From contig CAVWOZ010000015.1 of NCBI GenBank assembly GCA_963756595.1, forward strand, positions 132,975 through 196,974: 64,000 nt of DNA, read 5' to 3'. The DNA is from an uncultured Acidobacteriota bacterium (GTDB lineage Bacteria > Acidobacteriota > Thermoanaerobaculia > Multivoradales > UBA5704). This document shows, one piece after another, positions 46,747 to 55,140 of the stretch. Below the pieces are notes generated by a model. The model searched no databases and was not told the origin of the DNA. It saw nothing but the letters and a program-made list of their open reading frames with translations. Position numbers and translations under genes: made by a program. How positions within the stretch are numbered: the stretch's first letter is position 1; the number at the start of each line of letters is the position of its first letter.

Positions 46747-48717
46747 ATGGCACGCATCCTTCGTTCCTCCGTTCTCGCCATCGCACTGCTCACCCTGTTG
46801 TGGATCGCCGGCGCGGCCTTCGCCAAGCCTTCCCTCTCGTCGACCCCGGCGCCCTCGACCGGCCCCTTCCCCGTCGCCGGCACGCTCAGCGGCGTCGCCG
46901 TGACGCAGATCGCGAGCGGCCTCGGCACCATCACCGGCATCACCCACGCCGGCGACGCCCGGCTCTTCCTCACCGCCCGCGACGGGCGCATCCTGATCCG
47001 CTCCGGCGGCGTCGGCGGCAACGTCCTCCCCCAGCCGTTCCTCGACATCCGCGACAAGACGACGACCGACGGCGAGCGCGGCCTGCTGTCGACCGCCTTC
47101 CACCCCCACTACGCCGAGACCGGCTTCTTCTTCGTCAACTATACGAATCTTCAGGGGAACACGGTGATCGCCCGCTACCACGTCGCGGCCGGCGATCCCA
47201 ACCGGGCCGACCCGGCGAGCGCGAAGATCCTGCTCACCATCGCGCAGCCGTTCTCGAACCACAACGGCGGCCAGCTCCAGTTCGGCCCCGACGGCTACCT
47301 CTACATCGGCATGGGGGACGGCGGCGACGCCAACGACCCCGCCTGCCGCGCCCAGCGCACCGACAACCTGCTCGGCAAGATGCTGCGCATCGACGTCGAT
47401 CAGAACGTCGCCACCCCGCCCTACTACGGGATTCCCCCCTCGAACCCGTTCCGCGGCGGCGCCGGCCCGTTCGCGTCCGAGGTGTGGGCGAGCGGCGTGC
47501 GCAATCCCTGGCGCTTCTCCTTCGACCGCCAGACGGGGGACCTGTGGATCGCCGACGTCGGGCAGGGGCGGCGCGAGGAGATCGACTTCCAGCCCGCCGG
47601 CGATCACGGCGGCGAGAACTACGGCTGGAAGATCATGGAGGGGACGCTCTGCAACCTGAGCGACGCCTGCCCCGCCTCCGTCCCCGCCTGCGACTCGCCG
47701 GCCTTCACGCCGCCGGTCCTCGAGTACGACCACAGCTCCGGCTGCGCGATCACCGGCGGCTACGTCTACCGGGGCAACGCCGTCGCCGCCCTCCAGGGCT
47801 CCTACGTCTTCGGCGATCTCTGCGCCGGCACGATCTGGGTCGCTTCCCGCCAGGGGACCGGCTTCACGGTGCGCACCCTCCCCTCCACCCTTTCGCAGCC
47901 GATCAACTTCGGCGAGGACAGCAGCGGCGAGCTCTACGCCTCGAACGTCGACGGGCAGCTCTTCCGCTTCGACCCGACCCCGCAGGCGCATCCGGTGACG
48001 GTGGGTCTCTACGATCCGCCGGACTCCCTCTTCGACCTGAAGAGCGGCAACTCCGCCAGCGCCGCCGTCCGCGTCGTCCGCTTCGGCCCGCGCGGCAACC
48101 CGTGGGTGCCGCTCGCCGGCGACTGGAACGGCGACGGCAAGACCACCATCGGCTTCTACGATCCGGCCAATTCCCTCTTCCGGCTCAAGAACTCGACCGC
48201 GGGGGGTGCCGCCGACATCCTGCTGCAGGTGAATGCCCCCTCCCGCCACGCGCTCCCCGTGGTCGGCGACTGGGACGGCGACGGCAAGGATACGGTCGGG
48301 CTCTACGAGCCGTCCACCCGCACCTTCTACCTGAAGAACACGCTCACCGGTCCGGGTTTCGACCTCACCTTCGCCTTCGGTCCCTCCCTCGCCGGCCTGA
48401 TTCCGGTCGCCGGTGACTGGGATGGCGACGGCCATGACAGCGTGGGGGTCTTCGACCCCGTCCACTCGATCTTCTACCTCACCAACGGCACGGCCGACGC
48501 GGCCCCCGACCTCCAGGTCCAGTTCGGCCCCGCCGGCCGCGGCTCGCTGCCGGTGACCGGCGCCTGGACGGGCGGCGCGCAGAGCGGCCTCGGCGTCTAC
48601 GATCCGGCCTCCGCGGTCTTCCGGCTGCGCAACACGCCGACGCCTGGAGCCCCGGATGTCCAGTTCGCCTTCGGCCCCCGCCGCAAGGGGTGGAAGCCGC
48701 TCGCCGGGAGCTGGTGA
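46747..48717 (+). CDS. Secreted PQQ-dependent sugar dehydrogenase-like (SGDH) beta-propeller fused to C-terminal FG-GAP/VCBS-like repeats
   Basis: Signal peptide 'MARILRSSVLAIALLTLLWIAGAAFA'. SGDH motifs 'ERGLLSTAFHP', 'HNGGQLQFGPDGYLYIGMGDGG', 'VWASGVRNPWRFSFD'. About 57-aa repeats carry 'GDWNGDGKTTIGFYDP', 'GDWDGDGKDTVGLYEP', 'GDWDGDGHDSVGVFDP'. Confidence 0.8.
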   Translation: MARILRSSVLAIALLTLLWIAGAAFAKPSLSSTPAPSTGPFPVAGTLSGVAVTQIASGLGTITGITHAGDARLFLTARDGRILIRSGGVGGNVLPQPFLDIRDKTTTDGERGLLSTAFHPHYAETGFFFVNYTNLQGNTVIARYHVAAGDPNRADPASAKILLTIAQPFSNHNGGQLQFGPDGYLYIGMGDGGDANDPACRAQRTDNLLGKMLRIDVDQNVATPPYYGIPPSNPFRGGAGPFASEVWASGVRNPWRFSFDRQTGDLWIADVGQGRREEIDFQPAGDHGGENYGWKIMEGTLCNLSDACPASVPACDSPAFTPPVLEYDHSSGCAITGGYVYRGNAVAALQGSYVFGDLCAGTIWVASRQGTGFTVRTLPSTLSQPINFGEDSSGELYASNVDGQLFRFDPTPQAHPVTVGLYDPPDSLFDLKSGNSASAAVRVVRFGPRGNPWVPLAGDWNGDGKTTIGFYDPANSLFRLKNSTAGGAADILLQVNAPSRHALPVVGDWDGDGKDTVGLYEPSTRTFYLKNTLTGPGFDLTFAFGPSLAGLIPVAGDWDGDGHDSVGVFDPVHSIFYLTNGTADAAPDLQVQFGPAGRGSLPVTGAWTGGAQSGLGVYDPASAVFRLRNTPTPGAPDVQFAFGPRRKGWKPLAGSW

Positions 48718-48826
48718 GGCGGAGTGCGTCCGAAGTTCCGCTGAAACGCTGAAATCTTTCGGACGCATCCGTCATACTTGAGAAGAGGCGGTCCGTCTCC
48801 GGGCCGCCATCCACCTGGGAGGTCTC

Positions 48827-50488
48827 ATGGCCAAGCAGACTCCATCCCCGGCAGATCCCGGCGAACGCCAGCCGCTCGACGAGCACCCTCGCCCGCGCCA
48901 CCTCCGCCCCGCGCCTGCGGCCTCTCGCGCCGCCGCGCCGGCCGCCGATCACCAGTGCACCCCGACGACGATCCGGAAGACCGGCAGCAACGGCGACGAG
49001 GAGCGCTTCAAGGGTCCCGGCGGCAAGCCGAGCTACATCGGCAACTTCAGCAAGGGGCTTCCCCACGACGAATTCGGCGAGGTCCATCGCGACGCCTACA
49101 AGTCTCTCCTCCACGCCGTCGACGAGGAGAAGGACTTCGACCAGATCACCCTCGGGCTCGGCCGCAAGCTGACCAACCCGCAGGCGGGGCTGGCGACCGA
49201 CACCGAGGGGCCCGATCCGAAGGACCTCAAGATCCTCGCCGCGCCCAGCCTCGACTCCGCCGAAGAGGCGGCCGAGGGGGTCGAGCTCTACTGGATGGCC
49301 CTGCTGCGCGACGTGCCGTTCACCGACTTCGCGACCAACGCGGACGTCGCCACGGCGGCGGCGGAGCTCTCCGGGCTCAAGGACTACACCGGCCCCAAGG
49401 TTGGCGGCAAGGTCACGGCGCAGACGATCTTCCGCGGCTGCGAGGCGGGGGACCTCGCCGGGCCGCTCGTCTCGCAGTACCTCCTCCACGACATCGGCTA
49501 CGGCGCGCTGACCCTCTCGCAGCGCATGCAGACCGTGCTGGCGGGGAAGGACTACCTGAGCGGCTTCGCCGAGTGGCTGCAGATCCAGAACGGCGGCAAC
49601 CCGGCGACCGGCGACGCCTTCGATCCCACGCCGCGCTACATCCGCAACATGCGCGACTTCGGCCAGTGGGTGCACGTCGACGCCCTCTACCAGGCCTACC
49701 TCGACGCCTGTCTGATCCTGCTCGACAGCGGCGCGCCGTTCGACGCCGGCAATCCGTACGTCAAGCCCCATCCGGACGAGAAGACGCAGATCGGCTTCGG
49801 CACCTTCGGCGGCCCGCACATCCTGAGCCTGGTCACCGAGGTGGCGACGCGGGCGCTCAAGGCCGTCTGGTACCAGAAGTGGTTCGTGAATCGCCGGCTG
49901 CGCCCGGAGGCCTTCGGCGGCCTGATCCAGGTCAAGCTCGAAGGGGTCGGCGGCGTCAAACGGGACTATCCGATCGATCCCCAGATCCTCAATTCCGAGG
50001 CCTTGAAGCGGACGCGCGCGAAGTTCGGCTCCTACCTGCTGCCGATGGCCTTCCCGGAAGGGAGCCCGACCCATCCCGCCTACGGGGCCGGGCACGCCAC
50101 CGTCGCCGGCGCCTGCGTGACGATCCTCAAGGCGTGGTTCGACGAGGACGCGCCGCTCCCCTTCAAGCCGCAGGTGCCGAATGCCGACGGCACCGCCCTG
50201 GTCGACTATACGGGGCCGGACGCCGGCGGCCTCACGGTCGGCGGCGAGCTCAACAAGGTGGCGGCCAACATCGCCATCGCCCGCAACATGGCGGGGGTCC
50301 ATTGGCGCAGCGACTACCAGCAGTCGGTCTACCTCGGGGAGAAGGTGGCGCTCCACATCCTGCGCAAGCAGCGCCGCGACTACCACGAGAAAGGGTGGTC
50401 GTTCACCCTGCGCCGCTTCGACGGCACCCGGGTGACGATCGACCGCAAGGGGGTCCACGACGAGAACGGCCACTCGGTGGACGTATAA
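48827..50488 (+). CDS. PAP2-superfamily / vanadium-dependent haloperoxidase-like protein
   Basis: 'RRLRPEAF', 'PEGSPTHPAYGAGHATVAGACVTILKAWF', 'IARNMAGVHWRSDY' (acid-phosphatase/haloperoxidase motif order). Confidence 0.75.
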   Translation: MAKQTPSPADPGERQPLDEHPRPRHLRPAPAASRAAAPAADHQCTPTTIRKTGSNGDEERFKGPGGKPSYIGNFSKGLPHDEFGEVHRDAYKSLLHAVDEEKDFDQITLGLGRKLTNPQAGLATDTEGPDPKDLKILAAPSLDSAEEAAEGVELYWMALLRDVPFTDFATNADVATAAAELSGLKDYTGPKVGGKVTAQTIFRGCEAGDLAGPLVSQYLLHDIGYGALTLSQRMQTVLAGKDYLSGFAEWLQIQNGGNPATGDAFDPTPRYIRNMRDFGQWVHVDALYQAYLDACLILLDSGAPFDAGNPYVKPHPDEKTQIGFGTFGGPHILSLVTEVATRALKAVWYQKWFVNRRLRPEAFGGLIQVKLEGVGGVKRDYPIDPQILNSEALKRTRAKFGSYLLPMAFPEGSPTHPAYGAGHATVAGACVTILKAWFDEDAPLPFKPQVPNADGTALVDYTGPDAGGLTVGGELNKVAANIAIARNMAGVHWRSDYQQSVYLGEKVALHILRKQRRDYHEKGWSFTLRRFDGTRVTIDRKGVHDENGHSVDV

Positions 50489-50508
50489 CCGCGGCGGGCC
50501 GCGGGCGT

Positions 50509-51822
50509 TCAGAGGGTCGCGAACATCCCCACGGCCGCCGCGGTCATGATCGCCGCGGTGGCCCAGCCGAGCCAGCGCAGGGAGCGGGAGCTCACCCGCT
50601 CCCCCATCACTTGCGGATCGCTGGTCAGCAGCACCACCAGCACCACCAGCGGCGGCGACAGCACGCCGTTGAGGACCGCCGAGTAGAAGAGCATCTTGAT
50701 GGCGTCGAGGCCGACGTAGTTGAGCACCAGGCCGAGCAGCATCGAGACGGCGATCACCGTGTAGAACTTCCGCGACAGGCGCGGCCGGTCCTCGAGCGTC
50801 CCCCGCCACTCCCTGGCCTCCGACACCGCGTAGGCGGCCGACCCCGCAAGCACCGGGACGGCGAGCATCCCCGTGCCGATCAGGCCGAGGGTGAAGAGGA
50901 GATAGGCGCCGTGGCCGGCCAAGGGGCGCAACGCCTCGGCCGCCTGCCGGGCGGAGGCGATGTGGGTCTGGCCGTGCGCGTGCAGGGTGGCGGCGGTGGT
51001 CAGGATGATGAAATACATCACCAGGTTCGAGAAGAACATCCCGGTCAGCACGTCGGTCCGCGCCGCCCGCAGCTCCTCGTCGCTCGCCCCTTGCCGCTCC
51101 TCCACCGTCGTCCGCCCGCGGGCGCTCTCGTCCTCGACCTCCTGCGACGCCTGCCAGAAGAAGAGGTAAGGGGAGATCGTGGTCCCGAGGATGCCGACGA
51201 GGGTCGCCAGGAAGGCGCTCGATCCCTCCACCCGCGGGATGAAGGTCGCCCGGAGCACGGCCGACCAGTCCGGCCTGGCGAGGAACGCCGCCACCACGTA
51301 GGCGAAGAGGACGAGCGTCAGCCATTTGAAGAGGCGCGCCATCTGCCGGTAGGAGGAGAAAAAGAGGAGGGAGATGATCAGCAGGGTGTAGAACGGCGTC
51401 CACCAGTAGGCCCGGATCCCCGTCACCATCTCGGTCGCCTCGGCCATCCCCCCGAGGTCGGCGCCGATGTTGAAGACGTTCGCCACGATCAGCAGGGCGC
51501 AGGCGCTCCACAGCACCCAGGGCGGATACTTCCGCCGCACCACCCCGGCGAGCCCGCGGCCGGTGACCATCCCCAGCCGCGCGCACATGAGTTGCACCGC
51601 CGCCATCAGCGGAAAGGAGAAGAGCGCCGTCCACAGCGGCATGTAGCCGAAGGAGGCCCCGGTGACCGAGTAGGTGGAGATCCCCGACGGATCGTCGTCC
51701 GCCGCGCCGGTGATCAGCCCGGGGCCGAGGTTGCCGAAGAAGGTGCGGACCCTGCCGGGGAAACGAGGCACCCGCGGCTGGCCCGAGGCGGGACCGGAGA
51801 CGCTCCTCGTGTCGCTTTTCAT
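50509..51822 (-). CDS. NRAMP-family divalent metal cation transporter
   Basis: 'GPGLITGAADDDPSGISTYS', multiple TM segments, 'MLFYSAVLNG'. Confidence 0.88.
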   Translation of the reverse strand: MKSDTRSVSGPASGQPRVPRFPGRVRTFFGNLGPGLITGAADDDPSGISTYSVTGASFGYMPLWTALFSFPLMAAVQLMCARLGMVTGRGLAGVVRRKYPPWVLWSACALLIVANVFNIGADLGGMAEATEMVTGIRAYWWTPFYTLLIISLLFFSSYRQMARLFKWLTLVLFAYVVAAFLARPDWSAVLRATFIPRVEGSSAFLATLVGILGTTISPYLFFWQASQEVEDESARGRTTVEERQGASDEELRAARTDVLTGMFFSNLVMYFIILTTAATLHAHGQTHIASARQAAEALRPLAGHGAYLLFTLGLIGTGMLAVPVLAGSAAYAVSEAREWRGTLEDRPRLSRKFYTVIAVSMLLGLVLNYVGLDAIKMLFYSAVLNGVLSPPLVVLVVLLTSDPQVMGERVSSRSLRWLGWATAAIMTAAAVGMFATL

Positions 51823-52082
51823 GCCGCGGCCAGTCTCTCACAGGAGGAGATCTGAGAATCTCCTACGGCGCGTAGCCTCCTCGTCGATCCAAAACGGTCC
51901 CTTCGAGCGAAGAAAACGTCGCCAGAAGCTTGTCGAGTGTGTCCGCGAGGCTCAAGAACTCTGTCACGTCGCTTGAAACCGTCCCCACCACGCTCTAGAG
52001 ACGATGTTTGAAGCGGTGCGGAGGCGTTTGCAATCGTGTTGGGCGACTCTTCGACCTCGTGAGGCTACGTTGCGAGCCTGGC

Positions 52083-52134
52083 GAGACCAGTTTCCAGGCT
52101 TCCGAGACGAGATTTCAAGCCTCGAAATGGTCTC
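52083..52134. other. Long imperfect hairpin inside a ~450-nt non-coding gap
   Basis: GAGACCA(G)TTTC(C)AGGCTT - 15-nt loop - AAGCCT(C)GAAATGGTCTC. About 17 paired positions, with one bulge and one mismatch. Confidence 0.5.
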
Positions 52135-52268
52135 CGCAAGCTTCCGGAGCCTCTTTGCAAGGCAACGCGGCTCGTTTTCCGGAGAAATACCATCCCGACG
52201 ACCGTGAGGGCCCCTCCTCGCCCGCTTCCGACGTCTCGTATCGTTCGTTTGCGGCCCGGTCGTGAGCC

Positions 52269-53864
52269 TCAATCGCCCGCGCCATCGAACCGGAGGTCCG
52301 GTTCAAACCGTGCCCTGCGGAGGTAGAGGAGCACTTCGCGGGCGAACGCCTCCGTCACCCGTTCCCGCTCCGCCGCCTGGCGGAAGAGGGTCAGGGCGGC
52401 GAGCGCTTCGCGATGAACATCCTGAGCCTGAAAGATGGGTGCCATGTGGCGGGCGAGAATCTTCACCTGGTCCGACCGCCCCAGACCGGCATAACAGACG
52501 GCAAGTTCGAGCGAGACGAGCGCCGTGTCGTAACCCAGGTTGCGAGAGGCGAATTCTCCGCGCACCCGAGAGAGCGTGGCAATTCCAGCGGAAACATCGC
52601 CCTGGCCGGCGGCTATCCGTCCCTCAGTCCACAGGACGCGAAAGAGATTCAGCTCCCCTCCGTACTTCAGGCACAAGCTACGGGCCTCCGGCAAGAGCGC
52701 CGCCGCCTCCTCCATTTGCCCTAGCCTGCTCAGGCCGTCAGCCAAGTTGTGTCGAATCCATAAGCGGACTCTTCCTTCCTCGTCGGAACGAATACTCTCG
52801 TTCAAGCCCCGGAGGATCCCCACTGCCTGCCGGAGATCCCCTAGGTCGCCGAAGAGCTTGGCTCTGTTGACGAGCACCTCAACCCGGAATCTTGAGCTGC
52901 GGGCGACTGCGAGGGCCTGATCGAGAAGCTCGGCGGCTTCGTCGGAGCGCCGCTGTGCCCGGCGCAGGGACGCCTTGAGCGAATAGAAGAGTCCTTCCTC
53001 GAGAAGCTCGTTCTGGGCCTGCCTACCGTCCTTCCACAGTTCCTCGGCCGAGACGAAGGCTCGTTCCGCGGCGGGGAGGTCGCCTTGAACCCGGATGGCG
53101 TTCCCTATGTGCGCCCATGCGAAGCCGCGAAGCCTCGCGCGCCAGGCATCGTCACCCTCTGCACGATCGGCGGCAGAGAGCGCCAGCTCCGCGACGGCAC
53201 GGCCCTGGATCGGATCATCGGCGCACAAACGATGCGTCTCAAGGCAAAGCGTCTCGCAGACCGCCCATTGCAACTCGGCGGGGGCGTCGCTAAGCCTTGC
53301 CGCCTGCTCGTCGCTCGGCATTCCGCGGAGGCGCTCCCAGAGTTCGCTCGCGGCAGCCCGATCACACTCGGAAGGGGAAGACGCAGCGGCGATCTTCTGA
53401 GCCCCACCTCCCGCCCTAAGAATCCGGGCCAGGTGGTCGAGCCTGGCAGCGGTCCTGCTCATCTCCGCCGCCTGGATGCTGAGCTTCTCCGCCTCGCCTG
53501 CAAGGAAGGAAAGCTCGCCGAGCTCGGCGTCTGCGTCCTCCGAGGTTCTGCAGTCGGTGAGGAGCCGTTCGATGAACCACGCTCCAAGGTCGATCGCCGA
53601 CCAGCGGAATCGCATGGCAGCGAGGAGCTTCTCCAGAGTCGAGGCATCGGGCGTGGTGAGCGCCCGCTCATACTCCGAGATGGAAGCGCGCTTGACCCGA
53701 GCGAGCCGCGCGAGGTCCGATTGCGTCAAGCCGAGAGCCGTCCGGAGGGCCGCAAGCACCCTTCCGAGGTGGAGCGCTCCAAGCCCTTCAACCTTCTTCC
53801 GTGCCCGGGCTCGGCGAGCCGCCCGCGCGCCCTCTTCACCCGTCGTGCGGAGATTCCTCATCAT
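52269..53864 (-). CDS. XRE-family HTH fused to TPR-like sensor domain (paralog S4)
   Basis: HTH 'LRTALGLTQSDLARLARVKRASISEYERALTTPDASTLEKLLAAM'. C-terminal sensor homologous to S1-S3: 'RLRGFAWAHIGNAIRVQGDLPAAERAF', 'LFRVLWTEGRI', 'DTALVSLELAVCY', 'GRSDQVKILARHMAPIFQAQDVHREALAALTLFRQAAERERVT', 'YLRRARFEPDLRF'. Confidence 0.85.
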   Translation of the reverse strand: MMRNLRTTGEEGARAARRARARKKVEGLGALHLGRVLAALRTALGLTQSDLARLARVKRASISEYERALTTPDASTLEKLLAAMRFRWSAIDLGAWFIERLLTDCRTSEDADAELGELSFLAGEAEKLSIQAAEMSRTAARLDHLARILRAGGGAQKIAAASSPSECDRAAASELWERLRGMPSDEQAARLSDAPAELQWAVCETLCLETHRLCADDPIQGRAVAELALSAADRAEGDDAWRARLRGFAWAHIGNAIRVQGDLPAAERAFVSAEELWKDGRQAQNELLEEGLFYSLKASLRRAQRRSDEAAELLDQALAVARSSRFRVEVLVNRAKLFGDLGDLRQAVGILRGLNESIRSDEEGRVRLWIRHNLADGLSRLGQMEEAAALLPEARSLCLKYGGELNLFRVLWTEGRIAAGQGDVSAGIATLSRVRGEFASRNLGYDTALVSLELAVCYAGLGRSDQVKILARHMAPIFQAQDVHREALAALTLFRQAAERERVTEAFAREVLLYLRRARFEPDLRFDGAGD

Positions 53865-54102
53865 CCGGTCTCCCTCAAAGCAGTGTCATGAATAGAGGAC
53901 TTTTGCCCTTAAAGAGATGGTGTGTGCTGGGGCTAGAGGCGAGCCGTTCCGGCAGATCGGGTCTCGCTTGACCGGTCCGAGAGTCATCTTGTACCGTCCA
54001 AGGGACTGTTTGTCCCTCCTTGCGGCACCTCTCTAGGAAGAGAGCGGAACCCGGGTGCCGCTTTGGCGGCCGGACTTGTTCCGCCCAGAAAGGACGAGTG
54101 TC

Positions 54103-54387
54103 ATGTCCCGTACGCGCCGACTGCATGTCGCACCTCTCCTCCTCGCTTCCTTCTTGATCGCCTGGCCTGCTCCGGGTGCTGCCGCGGAACGTCGGTCGGA
54201 AGGCCAGCCTGTTCACTTCTCACTGCTTCGGATTTTCTTGCCGGCGTGGAGGGCTACCCTCTCGTTTTGGGAGAAAGAAGGAAGCTCCATTGACCCCTAT
54301 GGCAATCCCAAGCCGAACGCTATAGCGCCTGTGCCGGGGAGCAACGGAATTCCTCCGACGCAAAGCAATCCCGGATCGACGAGTTAG
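54103..54387 (+). CDS. Small secreted protein/propeptide (94 aa), homolog of 28237..28437
   Basis: ATG at 54103 after AAAGGACGAG. Signal peptide 'MSRTRRLHVAPLLLASFLIAWPAPGAAA|ERR'. The mature part contains 'ATLSFWEKEGSSIDPYGNPKPN' (compare 'GTLSWLWD...GPQIDPDGNR') and a Pro-rich tail. It is divergent from the XRE-sensor gene. Confidence 0.6.
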   Translation: MSRTRRLHVAPLLLASFLIAWPAPGAAAERRSEGQPVHFSLLRIFLPAWRATLSFWEKEGSSIDPYGNPKPNAIAPVPGSNGIPPTQSNPGSTS

Positions 54388-54441
54388 CCAGGGCGCCGCG
54401 GCCTCTTCATCTTCCCAATCCTCACGGTCATTTGTGCCTCA

Positions 54442-54464
54442 GAGGGGTACGCAACGTACTCCTC
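54442..54464 (+). terminator. Hairpin downstream of the small secreted-protein gene (no clear U-tract)
   Basis: GAGGGGTACG-caa-CGTACTCCTC (9 of 10 paired). Confidence 0.35.
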
Positions 54465-54512
54465 TCAGTCCTTCCATTGTCGAAGGTCGCGGGAGCGTGC
54501 ATAGATTCCTCT

Positions 54513-55121
54513 ATGAAGACCCTCATGGCCGACTCGATCGATGGACTCGACATCCTGTCCATTCCGACTCTGGAGACGGAACGCCTGCGGCTCAGGTCGT
54601 TCCGCAAGAGCGACCTCGACGACTACGCCGCGCTGAACGCCGATCGGGAGGTCTTGCGCTATCGGACCACGGGGACGGAGCCCTGGGACCGGGGCCGATC
54701 CTCTCGCCACATGGCCTTCCTCGTCGGACACTGGAAGCTCTGGGACGCCGGCACGTGGGCGATGGAGGACAAGGAGTCCGGCGCGTTCCTCGGGATGGTC
54801 GGCTTTTCCTCGCCGGAGGGTTGGCCCGGGTTCGAGCTGGCTTGGACGCTCGCGCGGCGGGCTTGGGGCAATGGCTATGCGACGGAGGGGGCCCGGGCCG
54901 CCATGGACCACGCGTTCGTCGTCTGGAAGAGGGCTCACATCATCAGCCTCATCGCGCCCGAGAACCGGGCCTCCATCCGCGTCGCCGAGCGCCTCGGCGA
55001 GCGCCTGGAGGAACGCATTCTCCACCTTGGACGGGAGATGCTCCGCTATGGGCTCGGCCGGGAAACCTACCTGAGCGAGGTCGCCCCGGGCGGCGCCTTG
55101 GCTCTGCACGGCGAAACCTGA
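54513..55121 (+). CDS. GNAT-family N-acetyltransferase (RimJ/RimL-like)
   Basis: 'LETERLRLRSFRKSDLDDYAAL', 'WGNGYATEGARAAMDHAF', 'NRASIRVAERLG'. ATG at 54513. Confidence 0.85.
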   Translation: MKTLMADSIDGLDILSIPTLETERLRLRSFRKSDLDDYAALNADREVLRYRTTGTEPWDRGRSSRHMAFLVGHWKLWDAGTWAMEDKESGAFLGMVGFSSPEGWPGFELAWTLARRAWGNGYATEGARAAMDHAFVVWKRAHIISLIAPENRASIRVAERLGERLEERILHLGREMLRYGLGRETYLSEVAPGGALALHGET

Positions 55122-55140
55122 GGCCTCGCCTCGAAGCGCG

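Noticed and set aside
45604-48768. 1054-aa minus-strand ORF
   Set aside because: Only its last ~220 codons (45604-46266) look like a real TPM-domain protein. The upstream part is antisense to arfB-flanking sequence and to the SGDH gene, and it has shadow-ORF composition.
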